Assembly: GCA_031362805.1 (NCBI GenBank)
Contig: JANLTG010000043.1
Location: forward strand, 5,395 to 69,394
DNA from: a bacterium
Lineage (GTDB): Bacteria; Verrucomicrobiota; Verrucomicrobiia; Limisphaerales; RI-55
DNA: 64,000 nucleotides
Reading direction: 5' to 3'
Part shown: piece by piece, positions 32,921 to 42,182 of the stretch
How positions within the stretch are numbered: the first letter of the stretch is position 1
Layout: every line of letters begins with the position of its first letter
Translations under genes and position numbers: made by a program
The notes under the pieces: generated by a model
Databases searched by the model: none
What the model saw: the letters and a program-made list of their open reading frames with translations, nothing else
What the model was told of the DNA's origin: nothing

Positions 32921-33631
32921 TCAAGCGCGATCGCGAACGGGAGCGGTTGGGTTGACGAGGGTTGAGGTGCGCGAGCCCACGCTGGCTTCCCAAACCTGAT
33001 GGAGCAGGACCCCGGCGGTGCGCAGCATGATCGAGATATCCAAGCCAAACGACACCTGGCGAGTGTACAGAATGTCGAGGTCAATCATCTCCTCAAAAGT
33101 CGTGCGATTCTTGCCGGTAACCTGCCAGAGGCCGGTAATGCCCGGCACGACCGCCAGCCGCTTTTTGTGGTGATCGTGGTAGAGGGCAAACTCGTAGGGG
33201 AGGCACGGGCGAGGGCCGACAATGCTCATTTCGCCCCGCAGCACATTGAGGAGCTGCGGCAATTCATCGAGGCCCGAGGATCGGAGCAGTCGCCCGCCGG
33301 GGATAATCCGAGAGTCGTTACCGCGATCCAGTTTGGTCATCGGGGTCGACGACTTCATCAAGGAGGCGAGATGCAGCTCGTGGCCGGAGGTGCAAGCGTT
33401 CGGCTTCATCGTGCGGAACTTGTAACAGCGGAAGGGTTTGCCAGCGCGGCCGACGCGAGTCTGCGAGAACAGTATCGGGCCGGGAGAACTGAGCTTGATG
33501 AGGAGGCCAATCAACACCGTGAGCGGCGCCAGGAGAGGCAACGCGAGCACGAAAAGGCAGAGATCAAGCGCCCGTTTCCATAAGGGAGCGGGGAACGACG
33601 CGAGCGTCTGGATTGGCGAAACTACGTTCAT
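32921..33631 (-). CDS. Polyprenyl-phosphate sugar-phosphotransferase (bacterial sugar transferase, WbaP C-terminal/EpsB type); first gene of the EPS operon
   Basis: The ATG at 33631 gives MNVVSPIQ.... One TM helix is followed by SPGPILFSQTRVGRAGKPFRCYKFRTM...GLDELPQLLNVLRGEMSIVGPRP...PGITGLWQV, the PF02397 signature. Confidence 0.9.
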   Translation of the reverse strand: MNVVSPIQTLASFPAPLWKRALDLCLFVLALPLLAPLTVLIGLLIKLSSPGPILFSQTRVGRAGKPFRCYKFRTMKPNACTSGHELHLASLMKSSTPMTKLDRGNDSRIIPGGRLLRSSGLDELPQLLNVLRGEMSIVGPRPCLPYEFALYHDHHKKRLAVVPGITGLWQVTGKNRTTFEEMIDLDILYTRQVSFGLDISIMLRTAGVLLHQVWEASVGSRTSTLVNPTAPVRDRA

Positions 33632-34452
33632 TGGCAACTCGAAGGGCCTGGATACAGAGCCGGGGTGGACCAGGCAATCGAACCGGGAAAATGGGTGTCC
33701 GCACGCTGCCGCACTTGATCATTCGGTGCCGAATGAGCGGAGAAATGGCGAGCCAGTATAGGTTGAGCGTGTTTCATCAAGACCAGCGTCCAAAATACGG
33801 TACAAACTACTCCCGAGAGGTCCAGTCAGTCAGAATCGCACGCAAGCGAGTTCGAGCAGGTAGCACTCGGCATACCCAGTTCAGGTTTGCACAACACCCC
33901 GCCCCGCAAGCAGCTCGGATTGGCGCAACCCAGCAATGCAATCGCCCATTTTGAACAAAATGCGGCGATAAGGATAGTTTTCTGGAAGGAATGGAGAAGT
34001 GGCGAGACAGTTACCAACCGTTAAGAAGATTCCGAGTGTCTGATTATTAGGCAGGGACAACTTGAAACGAAGACCCCCAGAAGCCAAGCCAATACAGAGC
34101 GAACCGCGCATCGGCAAACGCATTGCAAACACACTTCGCATACACAACTCGCCAAAAAAAGGTAGCCGCATTCGTACCGCAAAGATTAACCACTGGAGAT
34201 GCCTACGCAAATTGCATTCTAAGCTACTAATTGGAAGCGAGATACGGAACGCATATTTCTGGCATCTTGAAATGCCCCGGCGAAGGTCAAGCTTAACGAT
34301 TGTAAGGAAATCGTTACATATCTGCTGCTCCAGCCACGAAAAGGAAGCGTCAAGTTACTTCCAAGTAACAACTTAGGTAATAGCCGCACAACTGTAAGAG
34401 ATTCCGACGAAAGACATGGCCCCAAGGAGGGTGGCTTACTCTCAGCAATAAC
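33632..34452 (-). promoter_or_regulatory. ~0.8-kb ORF-poor, visibly AT-richer leader/promoter region of the EPS operon
   Basis: No protein-like ORF on either strand. It lacks the mosaic modules. Three hairpins or palindromes lie at 34261-34276, 34294-34316 and 34354-34369. It sits between the ubiA-like stop (34453) and the priming transferase ATG (33631). Confidence 0.5.
33932..33947 (-). promoter_or_regulatory. Candidate sigma-54 (-24/-12) promoter
   Basis: Minus strand reads GGGCGATTGCATTGCT, which gives GG-N10-GC with a perfect TTGCT -12 box and a weak -24 box (GGGCGA versus TGGCAC). It lies about 300 nt upstream of the operon ATG. A sigma-54 activator (PrsR-like) is encoded in the window. 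Confidence 0.2.
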
Positions 34453-35316
34453 TCAGGTCGCAGGGATAAAACGCTGAAACAACAGCGCGAGCGGGAAGAA
34501 ACTGAGAACCACCAAACCGACCCAGGGGGAGGTCCAGCCCAGCGCCACGAGATCGACCAGAACAATGCCCGCAAGGAGACCGGAGACCGTGCGACCGAGA
34601 TTGCGTTTGCCGGTCCAGAAAGTGTGTTGCAGGCAGCTCAACAGCCAGCCGACGAGCAGCGCCGACAAGACGATGCCGGGAGTCCGAGCAGCTTCGTTGT
34701 TGATCAACTGGGCAAGAATCACGGGCGCAGCCAACGCCAAGACCGGCCATAGGGCGATCGCCGAGTTCAACGTTTCACGGCGAGCGATGTAACTCAGGCC
34801 GACCACGTACGCGGCCAGCACGAGCGCACACCAAACGGAATAACCCGTGACGCCGTCGGCGCCAGCACTGGCCGCAACCAGGAACAGCCAGAAGCGGCAG
34901 CCCGCCATGATGACGGGCGCGAAAGCCACCCGCTTATGCACGACATCGTAAACAACAACAGTCACAAGAAGCAGCAAGGTCAAGTAACCGGTCGTCCAGC
35001 CAAGCGGGATGAGCAGCAATGAACCGGCGCCGAGCAACACGAGCGCAAACCACCACGCGGCCGCGAGGGAAACGTGACCGGATGGGATAGGCCGCTCGCG
35101 GCGATGTTGACGATCGAAGTCCGCATCGATCGCGTCGTTCAGAAACATCCCACCAACGTAGATGAGCGTGGCGCCGACGCAGAGTTCAAACAAGGTCCAA
35201 CCCGAGCCGCCACCGCCAAGCCACCAGCCGGCGACGCAATTGGACCAGACCGTGGGCAGATTGGAAACCCGACCCAAGATTAACAGCCCGCGCCAAAACT
35301 GCCCTCGATCGGTCAT
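34453..35316 (-). CDS. UbiA-family aromatic prenyltransferase
   Basis: 287 aa and polytopic. Shows NDAIDADFDRQHRRERPIPSG (NDxxDxxxD motif). Confidence 0.8.
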   Translation of the reverse strand: MTDRGQFWRGLLILGRVSNLPTVWSNCVAGWWLGGGGSGWTLFELCVGATLIYVGGMFLNDAIDADFDRQHRRERPIPSGHVSLAAAWWFALVLLGAGSLLLIPLGWTTGYLTLLLLVTVVVYDVVHKRVAFAPVIMAGCRFWLFLVAASAGADGVTGYSVWCALVLAAYVVGLSYIARRETLNSAIALWPVLALAAPVILAQLINNEAARTPGIVLSALLVGWLLSCLQHTFWTGKRNLGRTVSGLLAGIVLVDLVALGWTSPWVGLVVLSFFPLALLFQRFIPAT

Positions 35317-36182
35317 GGTTTCGCCGATGAGCCGAGCCGCAACCAGACAACCAAGGGGAAGTGATCGCTGGGATACTGTTCATCGCGAGCGAAATCGATG
35401 ATCTGGATGGCCGTCGTCTGGACCGCGCCACGCGTGAGGATCCAATCGATGCGCTGCGAATCGCGGACGGCCGGCTTGAAGCCATTAAAGGTATTCAAGG
35501 TGGGATCGCCCTTTCGTTCAGTTGCGGTCTTCCATGTGTCCGCGAAGTAACCGTCGCCCACGAGCACCTCGTAGGCGGGATTGTCGCCAGCCGTGGCATT
35601 GAAGTCGCCGGTGAGGATGATGGGCAGGGCGGGGTTCAGCTTGGCGACACGTTCGCGGATCAGCTTTGCGCTTTTCTCGCGGGCCTCCTGGATTTGGTGA
35701 TCGAAGTGCGTGTTCAACAGATAGAACTCCTGGTTGGTGGTGCGGTCCTTGAAGCGAATCCACGTGACCATGCGGCGATTGGAATGGCCCCACGTCGTGG
35801 AGCCGATGACCTCCGGCGTGTCGCTCAGCCAGAAGTGGTCGTACTCGAGCGGCTCGAAGCGGGCGCGCTGGTAATAGATGGCCATAAACTCGCCGCGACT
35901 GCCGCCGTCACGGCCGAGGCCGAGCCACTCGTATTCGGGAAGATCGGCGGCGAGCTCCTTCAACTGGGAGTAAACTCCTTCCTGCGTGCCAATCAGGTCG
36001 GGCAGCAACTCGCGGATACACGCGCGCATAAGCGGGCGCCGATCCGGCCAGGCGTTCGGCGGTTGCGCGCTGGCGTAGCGCAGGTTGTAGGTCATGACGA
36101 CGAGCGGTTCGGCGGCGCGGCCCGTCAACGCGATCACGAGCAAACCACCGAAGAGCAAAGCGCGAAGGAACGAAGGTTTCAT
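35313..36182 (-). CDS. Secreted endonuclease/exonuclease/phosphatase (EEP) family protein
   Basis: The ATG at 36182 gives MKPSFLRALLFGGLLVIALTGRAAEP (signal peptide). The body shows VMTYNLRY...GTQEG...LLNTHFDH...ILTGDFNA...SDHFPL, the EEP catalytic motifs. Confidence 0.85.
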   Translation of the reverse strand: MKPSFLRALLFGGLLVIALTGRAAEPLVVMTYNLRYASAQPPNAWPDRRPLMRACIRELLPDLIGTQEGVYSQLKELAADLPEYEWLGLGRDGGSRGEFMAIYYQRARFEPLEYDHFWLSDTPEVIGSTTWGHSNRRMVTWIRFKDRTTNQEFYLLNTHFDHQIQEAREKSAKLIRERVAKLNPALPIILTGDFNATAGDNPAYEVLVGDGYFADTWKTATERKGDPTLNTFNGFKPAVRDSQRIDWILTRGAVQTTAIQIIDFARDEQYPSDHFPLVVWLRLGSSAKP

Positions 36183-36330
36183 ATTGGCGACCAAGGAAAG
36201 TCAACCCGGGATCGGGAAGCCATTTCACGGACGGGAGCGAAGTGTGGGAAGGCGGCCGAAGGGCGTCAAGAACGCTGCGACCAGCGAATTCTTACTTGTC
36301 TTGAACCGAACGCTCACCGGAAATGGCGCC

Positions 36331-36753
36331 ATGTTGCGTCAACAACTCGATGAACTTTCCATCCGGACCCAAGGGCGCGGTTTTACCATGATCACCGCTG
36401 AGGTCTCGCGGATCGTGTCGGTTGCGAAGATGCAAACCGGGCTGGTCACCCTGCACCTGCGGCACACCTCGGCATCGCTGCTCATCCAGGAAAATGCCGC
36501 TCCCGATGTTCGTCGCGACCTCGAGGCGTTCTTCGCCCGACTCGTGCCGGATGGCGACCCGCTGTTCGCCCACACACTCGAAGGCGACGACGACATGCCG
36601 GCCCATGTGCGAACGGCGCTGACGGCGGTGAGCTTGAGCATCCCCATCGTGAACGGCCGGATGGTGCTGGGAACGTGGCAGGGGATTTATCTGTGGGAAC
36701 ACCGGACGCATCCGCATACCCGGCAGATCGTCGTGCATGTGCTGGGGGAATGA
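36331..36753 (+). CDS. yjbQ: YjbQ/UPF0047 family (secondary thiamine-phosphate synthase-like) protein
   Basis: The ATG at 36331 begins MLRQQLDELSIRTQGRGFTMITAEV...LVTLHLRHTSASLLIQENAAPDVRRDLE...HTLEGDDDMPAHVRTAL...GTWQGIYLWEHR. Confidence 0.85.
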   Translation: MLRQQLDELSIRTQGRGFTMITAEVSRIVSVAKMQTGLVTLHLRHTSASLLIQENAAPDVRRDLEAFFARLVPDGDPLFAHTLEGDDDMPAHVRTALTAVSLSIPIVNGRMVLGTWQGIYLWEHRTHPHTRQIVVHVLGE

Positions 36754-37106
36754 GCGGGGATGCGCGCAACATCGAACATCCAACATCGAACATCCAACAT
36801 CGAACATTCAACGTCGAACATTCAACGTCCAAGCAGCAGGCCGGGTCCCGAAGCTTTACGCGAATTTGCGCAAATTGACACGAATTGGATTAGCCACGAA
36901 AGAGCACAAAGGACGCGAAGGACGGAAAGCGGAGAATTTTAACCACAGATGGAGCGGGTAAGGGAGCAAAGGAGCAAAGGGGCGCTGGAGCAGTGGAGTG
37001 TTGGAGTGTTGGAGTGAGTGCGAGGCGAAACATCGAACATCGAACACTGAACGTCCGGGCGCTGCCAAGCGCTGCTGGCCGATCTGGAGATCAGCGTTCC
37101 ACGCTA
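36754..37106. repeat. Mosaic repeat spacer between convergent genes
   Basis: Nine AAC heptads span 36768-36830 (AACATCG AACATCC ...). The spacer also contains TTTACGCGAATTTGCGCAAATTGACACGAAT, GCCACGAAAGAGCACAAAGGACGCGAAGG, TTTTAACCACAGATGG and GGAGTGTTGGAGTGTTGGAGTGAG, then AACATCG heptads again. Orientation matches the EPS-locus copies. Confidence 0.9.
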
Positions 37107-38309
37107 CTACGACGCGGGCGTCAGGTTGCTGGCGACGTCGGTGCGATACGCCTTGAACGCGGGCACAACGCCGGCCAGGGCCGCGGCGGTGATCATGCCG
37201 AGCGGCGCCCAAAACATCACGGGATGCCACGCGAAGGGATTCAGCACCACGCCCGTCTGCGCGCGGATCACGCTGGCGGCACCACTCATGATGGCGAGGT
37301 AAATGCCGAAGGCGATCACCATGCCGAGCGCGGCGATGGCGGTGGATTCGAGAATGATCGTGGCGAACACTGTGAACCGGCGCGCACCCAGCGCGCGGAG
37401 GATCGCGAAGTCGCGGCGCCGCTCGTTCATCGAGTTGTAAATGCTGGCGAGGATGGAGCCGGTAGCCACCGCCGCCACGAGGTAGGCGACGATCGCGAGC
37501 ACGCGGTCGAACCAGCCGATCTTGTCGAAGAGCTGGGCCATGATCGTGCCGATGGGCCACGCGAACGTCAGCCGATTGCCCTGCTTGTTGTAGAGCACCT
37601 CCATTTGCTGACCGGCCACCGGTGAGCGCAATTTAACCAACACCGCGCTGATGTCAGCCGCCGTCTGGGGATCGTGGCCGGTCATGTTCTGCACGCCTTC
37701 GAGAGGAATCCAGATCACGCGATCGACCGGCGAGTTCGAAGGTTCGAGGATGCCGACGACCACGTAGGTTTCCTCGTGTTGATCCGCCGGGTTGAAGATC
37801 AAACCGTGAAACGGCTGGAATTTATCACCCACCTTGAGACCGATACGTTGCGCGACGAACGAGCCGAGCACGGCCTCGCGATAGCCGGCATTGAAGGCGC
37901 GGCCGACAGCGGGCGTGAGCTTGCGACCGGACTCCAGCGTGACGTCGGAGAACAAGTTGGTGAGCGTGCCGACGACGCGGTAGCCGAGATAATTGTCGCC
38001 CAACGCGAGCGGGATGGCGTGTTGCACGGCCGGCATGGCCGCGACGTCGAGGTAGTCCTGCCACTGGAGATTGCCGGGGGACGATTCGAGGTGATAGATC
38101 GCGTTGAGGACAAGCTGGAGCTTCGAACCGCGCGCGCCCAACACGGCATCGAAGCCGCCAGTAATGTTGGTGAAGGTCTGGTTGGACTGCGTCTTCACGG
38201 CCCAGACCGACATGAGGAGACCGCCCGCGAGCGCGATCGAGAGGGCGGTCACCCACGTGGACAACGCGTGCTGGCGGAGGCTCTTGAGAACGAGTTGGAA
38301 CAGGCTCAT
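37107..38309 (-). CDS. FtsX/MacB-type ABC transporter permease
   Basis: 400 aa. An N-terminal TM helix is followed by a large periplasmic domain and the C-terminal FtsX 3-TM bundle (RRRDFAILRALGARRFTVFATIILES). No adjacent ATPase gene is present. Confidence 0.75.
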   Translation of the reverse strand: MSLFQLVLKSLRQHALSTWVTALSIALAGGLLMSVWAVKTQSNQTFTNITGGFDAVLGARGSKLQLVLNAIYHLESSPGNLQWQDYLDVAAMPAVQHAIPLALGDNYLGYRVVGTLTNLFSDVTLESGRKLTPAVGRAFNAGYREAVLGSFVAQRIGLKVGDKFQPFHGLIFNPADQHEETYVVVGILEPSNSPVDRVIWIPLEGVQNMTGHDPQTAADISAVLVKLRSPVAGQQMEVLYNKQGNRLTFAWPIGTIMAQLFDKIGWFDRVLAIVAYLVAAVATGSILASIYNSMNERRRDFAILRALGARRFTVFATIILESTAIAALGMVIAFGIYLAIMSGAASVIRAQTGVVLNPFAWHPVMFWAPLGMITAAALAGVVPAFKAYRTDVASNLTPAS

Positions 38310-38423
38310 GGGGTTGGTCGAACGGCGATGAGGTTAACGGACGTTGCCGGAGCAGGCAATGTTCAGCTGCGCTAGGTCTTGCGCGGATGGGTTGCGTGGC
38401 GACGAAGGCGAACCCAATCGACA

Positions 38424-41400
38424 TCACGCCGCAGCTGGCTCGGCCTTGCGTTCCCAGCGACGGCGTTCGGGCTGCGGCAACGACTGATCCACCTTCGCGT
38501 AATAAGTTTCCTCGCCGAGCAGTTCGTCGATGGCGTCCTGCAAGGCGCGCGAGGGCGTCACGTAAAACCGGTCGTGCGTCTCGATGAAGATCAGCTCGCC
38601 AGTCGGTTTGCGGCAGCAGAGGAAGAGCGGGCATTTGCCGGGGTGCGTCGTGACAAGTTGATGCACCTGGTCCAGCAGGGCTGGTGTGAGCTGCGCCAGG
38701 GTCAGCCGGAAATGGACCTGGAGGGTGTACTTCTTTGGCGCATCCGCCAGCGCCATGACTTCTTGCGGAAACACCTTGGGCTTGTCCTCGTCGTTGTTCA
38801 CCTCGCCGATGACGAGGACGGTCTTGCCCGGCTCGACCAGTTGCGCGTAGCGATCAAACGTCTCGTTCACGAGCAGCATCGAGAAGGAGCCGTGCAAGTC
38901 CTCGATGCCGACCATGCAGTAGGCCTTGCCAGACTTCTTCGAGACGCCCTTTTGCACAGAGGAAATCATCCCGCCCAAGCGCGACATCGTGCGCGGGGCA
39001 AGTTCCTTGGCCGTGACCGAATTGTGCAGGCAGTACTTGTCGAGGATCGGCGCGAACGGCGTGAGCGGATGGCCGCTGATGTAATAGCCGAGCAACTCCT
39101 TCTCGTGCGCGAGCAGCTCGCCCTGCGGCCATTCGGGGAGCTGAATCTTCGGCGCGTTATCGGCGTCGCCAGAGGCGATGGCGTCCATCATCGCGAACAA
39201 CGACACCTGGCCCTTGGCTTTGTCGGACTGCACGCTGGATGCGCGACTCAGCACGCGATCAATCTGCGCGAACAGGCTGGCGCGCGTTTCGCCGAAGCAA
39301 TCGCACGCGCCGGATTTGATCAGCGCTTCGAGTCCCTTGCGATTCAAGGTGCGACCATCCACGCGTTCGCAGAGATCGGACAGGTTCTTGAACGGACCGG
39401 CGGCGGCGCGCGCGGCCAGGATGATATTCACGGCGCCTTCACCGACCCCTTTGATCGCCGCCAAACCGAAACGAATCTTGCCACCTGGCGGCGGCAATGT
39501 GAGTCGGGCAGGCTGCCCGAACGGTAAAGTCTCCGGAGCATCCGGCGCTTGAGCTGCGCTCGGCGCTACTTGCCGGCTGGCAGCCGGCAACACATTACCC
39601 AGCTTGGCCGCCGCGAAGAACACATCCGATTCATTCACATCCGGGCCGAGTGTCTCGACGTGAAACACCCGCGCTTCCTCGATCAAGATCGAGAGCTTCG
39701 CGGTGTCGCTCAGATCGTTGGTCATCATCGCCGCGAGGAATTCGACCGGATAATTCGCCTTCAGCCACGCCGTTTGATACGCGACAATCGCGTAGGCGGC
39801 GGCGTGCGATTTGTTGAAGCCGTAACCCGCGAATTTTTCGAGCAAGTCAAACACTTCGTTCGCCTTGCGCTCGGGGATGTGGTTCTTCTCGCGGCAACCT
39901 TTCACGAAGGTCTCGCGCTGCTTTTGCATCTCCTCGATCTTCTTCTTGCCCATCGCGCGGCGCAACAAATCAGCACCGCCGAGCGTGTAGCCACCGAGCA
40001 CCTGCGCGGCCTGCATGACTTGCTCCTGATAAATGAGCACGCCATAGGTCTCCTTGGAAATCGCCTCAAGCAACGGGTGCGGATAAACGATCTCCACCTG
40101 GCCGTGCCGCCGCGCGATGAAGTCGGGAATGAGGTCCATCGGTCCCGGTCGATAGAGCGCAACGAGCGCGGTGATGTGCTCGACGGAGCTGATCTGAAAC
40201 TTGCGACACAAGTCGCGCATGCCGCCGGATTCCAACTGGAACACACCGACCGTGTTGCCCTTGTTGAGCAGGTCGTACGTCTTCGGATCACTGAGCGGCA
40301 GGCGGTCGATGTCGATCTCGACGCCGTGACTGCGCCGCACCATCTCGACTGTGTTGCGGATGACCGTCAGCGTCTTGAGCCCGAGGAAATCCATCTTCAA
40401 AAGGCCGAGATCACCGACCGGGCCCATCGCGTACTGCGTGACGATGCCGCCGTTGTCATCGAGCTTGAGCGGCAGATAATTTACCAACGGCTTCGCACCG
40501 ATGACGACGCCCGCCGCGTGGACCGAGCAATTGCGCGTCAGGTCTTCGAGCACGAAGGCGGTGTCCACCAGTTCACGCGTCGTTTCCTCGGTGTCGTAGG
40601 CCTGCTTGAATTCAGGCGACTGCGCGAGCGCCTTCTTCAAGTCCATCTTCAGCTCGTTCGGGATCATCTTGGCGAGGCGATCGCAGTCACCATAGCCGAG
40701 GCCCATGACGCGGCCGACATCGCGCACGACGGACTTCGCGCCCATGGTGCCGAACGTGATGATCTGCGCGACCGAATCGCGACCGTACTTCTGCCGCGTG
40801 TACTCAATGACCTCGGCACGACGGTCGTCAGCGAAGTCGATGTCGATGTCGGGCGGGCTGATGCGCTCGGGATTCAGGAAGCGCTCGAACAGCAGCTCGT
40901 AGCGGATCGGATCGACGTTCGCGATCTCCAGCAAATAGGTGACAAGCGAACCGGCAGCGGAACCACGCGCCACGCACGCGATGCCGACGCTGCGGCCGTG
41001 TTGCACGAAATCGCCGACGATCAGGAAGTACGACACGAAGCCCAACTGCTCGATCACCTTGGTCTCGAACTTGAGGCGGTCGATGACCTCCATCACGGCG
41101 GCGGCCACCTCGGGATCATGCAAGTCGTTCGGCGGCGTCGCACCGGGTTGCTTCTCGAACCTGGGCAACCGACGGGCGTCGTTGAGGCCTTCGACCACGA
41201 ACTCTTCGCCCACCGCGCGGGCATGCAGCGTGTAGCGCTTGAGCAAACCCTCGGCGAGCAACTTTCGCAGGTAACCTTCGCGGGTGAACGTTTCCGGCGG
41301 CGTGAACACCGGATAATGTAGGCCGCCAAACTTCAGCTCCAAGCCGCATTGCTCAGCCACTTCGAGCGTGTTGCGCGTGGCCTCGGGAATCTCGGCGAAG

Positions 41401-42182
41401 AGCGCTTCCATCTCCTCCTGCGAGCGCAGATAGAATTGCTCCTGCTGGTAACGCATCCGGTTCGGCGTCTCGAGCGTGGTCTGCGTGCCGAGGCAGATCA
41501 GGCAATCGTGCGCGTGCGAGTGCTCCTTCTTCACGTAATGCACGTCGTTCGTGCCGACCAGCTTGATGCCGAACTCGCGCGACCAGGGGATCAAGTGCTT
41601 GTTCACGTTCACCTGCTCGGCGATGCCGTGGTTCTGCAGCTCGAAATAATAATTGTCCGGCCCGAGCGTTTGCTTGAACCAATCGATCGTGTCGCGCGCC
41701 TCCTTGAGCTTGCCCTGGGTGATTAACGACGGCACCTCGCTGGCGAGACAGCCGGAGAGCGCGATCAAGCCGTCCTTGTGCGCGGCGAGCAGCTCCTTGT
41801 CGATACGCGGCTTGTAATACATGCCCTCGAGATGAGCGGCGGTGACCAGCTTGACGAGGTTCTTGTAGCCGGTCTCGTCCTTCGCGAGCAGGACGAGATG
41901 ATGATATTTGTCGCGGCCACTCGCGTGTTCCTGCGCCTTCTTTTCGAGGCGCGAACCGGGCGCGACATAAACCTCGCAGCCGATGATCGGCTTGATGCCG
42001 GCGTTCATCGCGGCCTGGTAAAACTCGATCGCACCGAAGAGCACGCCGTGATCGGTGATGGCCAGGGCCGGGAAGCGCAGCTCGCGGGCGCGCTCCATGA
42101 GCCGGTCGAGGCGGCAGGCACCGTCGAGCAGCGAGAACTCCGTGTGGAGGTGGAGATGGACGAATTCGGAGTGGCCGGACAT
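38424..42182 (-). CDS. dnaE: DNA polymerase III alpha subunit
   Basis: The ATG at 42182 gives MSGHSEFVHLHLHTEFSLLDGA (PHP domain). The protein is about 1250 aa with the polymerase core, HhH and OB-fold regions (…FNKSHAAAYA…). Confidence 0.95.
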   Translation of the reverse strand: MSGHSEFVHLHLHTEFSLLDGACRLDRLMERARELRFPALAITDHGVLFGAIEFYQAAMNAGIKPIIGCEVYVAPGSRLEKKAQEHASGRDKYHHLVLLAKDETGYKNLVKLVTAAHLEGMYYKPRIDKELLAAHKDGLIALSGCLASEVPSLITQGKLKEARDTIDWFKQTLGPDNYYFELQNHGIAEQVNVNKHLIPWSREFGIKLVGTNDVHYVKKEHSHAHDCLICLGTQTTLETPNRMRYQQEQFYLRSQEEMEALFAEIPEATRNTLEVAEQCGLELKFGGLHYPVFTPPETFTREGYLRKLLAEGLLKRYTLHARAVGEEFVVEGLNDARRLPRFEKQPGATPPNDLHDPEVAAAVMEVIDRLKFETKVIEQLGFVSYFLIVGDFVQHGRSVGIACVARGSAAGSLVTYLLEIANVDPIRYELLFERFLNPERISPPDIDIDFADDRRAEVIEYTRQKYGRDSVAQIITFGTMGAKSVVRDVGRVMGLGYGDCDRLAKMIPNELKMDLKKALAQSPEFKQAYDTEETTRELVDTAFVLEDLTRNCSVHAAGVVIGAKPLVNYLPLKLDDNGGIVTQYAMGPVGDLGLLKMDFLGLKTLTVIRNTVEMVRRSHGVEIDIDRLPLSDPKTYDLLNKGNTVGVFQLESGGMRDLCRKFQISSVEHITALVALYRPGPMDLIPDFIARRHGQVEIVYPHPLLEAISKETYGVLIYQEQVMQAAQVLGGYTLGGADLLRRAMGKKKIEEMQKQRETFVKGCREKNHIPERKANEVFDLLEKFAGYGFNKSHAAAYAIVAYQTAWLKANYPVEFLAAMMTNDLSDTAKLSILIEEARVFHVETLGPDVNESDVFFAAAKLGNVLPAASRQVAPSAAQAPDAPETLPFGQPARLTLPPPGGKIRFGLAAIKGVGEGAVNIILAARAAAGPFKNLSDLCERVDGRTLNRKGLEALIKSGACDCFGETRASLFAQIDRVLSRASSVQSDKAKGQVSLFAMMDAIASGDADNAPKIQLPEWPQGELLAHEKELLGYYISGHPLTPFAPILDKYCLHNSVTAKELAPRTMSRLGGMISSVQKGVSKKSGKAYCMVGIEDLHGSFSMLLVNETFDRYAQLVEPGKTVLVIGEVNNDEDKPKVFPQEVMALADAPKKYTLQVHFRLTLAQLTPALLDQVHQLVTTHPGKCPLFLCCRKPTGELIFIETHDRFYVTPSRALQDAIDELLGEETYYAKVDQSLPQPERRRWERKAEPAAA

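Noticed and set aside
34095-34215. c-di-GMP riboswitch (GEMM-I)-like strings GGCAAAC ... CCGCAAAG in the EPS leader
   Set aside because: Only short word matches; I could not build the P1/P2 helices or the tetraloop-receptor. The strings are on the plus strand, antisense to the operon they would have to regulate.
33632-34452. Degraded mobile element or pseudogene explaining the AT-richer ORF-free region
   Set aside because: No terminal inverted repeats, direct-repeat target duplications or transposase/integrase remnants were found in any frame. The six-frame fragments (for example 33881..34210 -) have no protein-like character.
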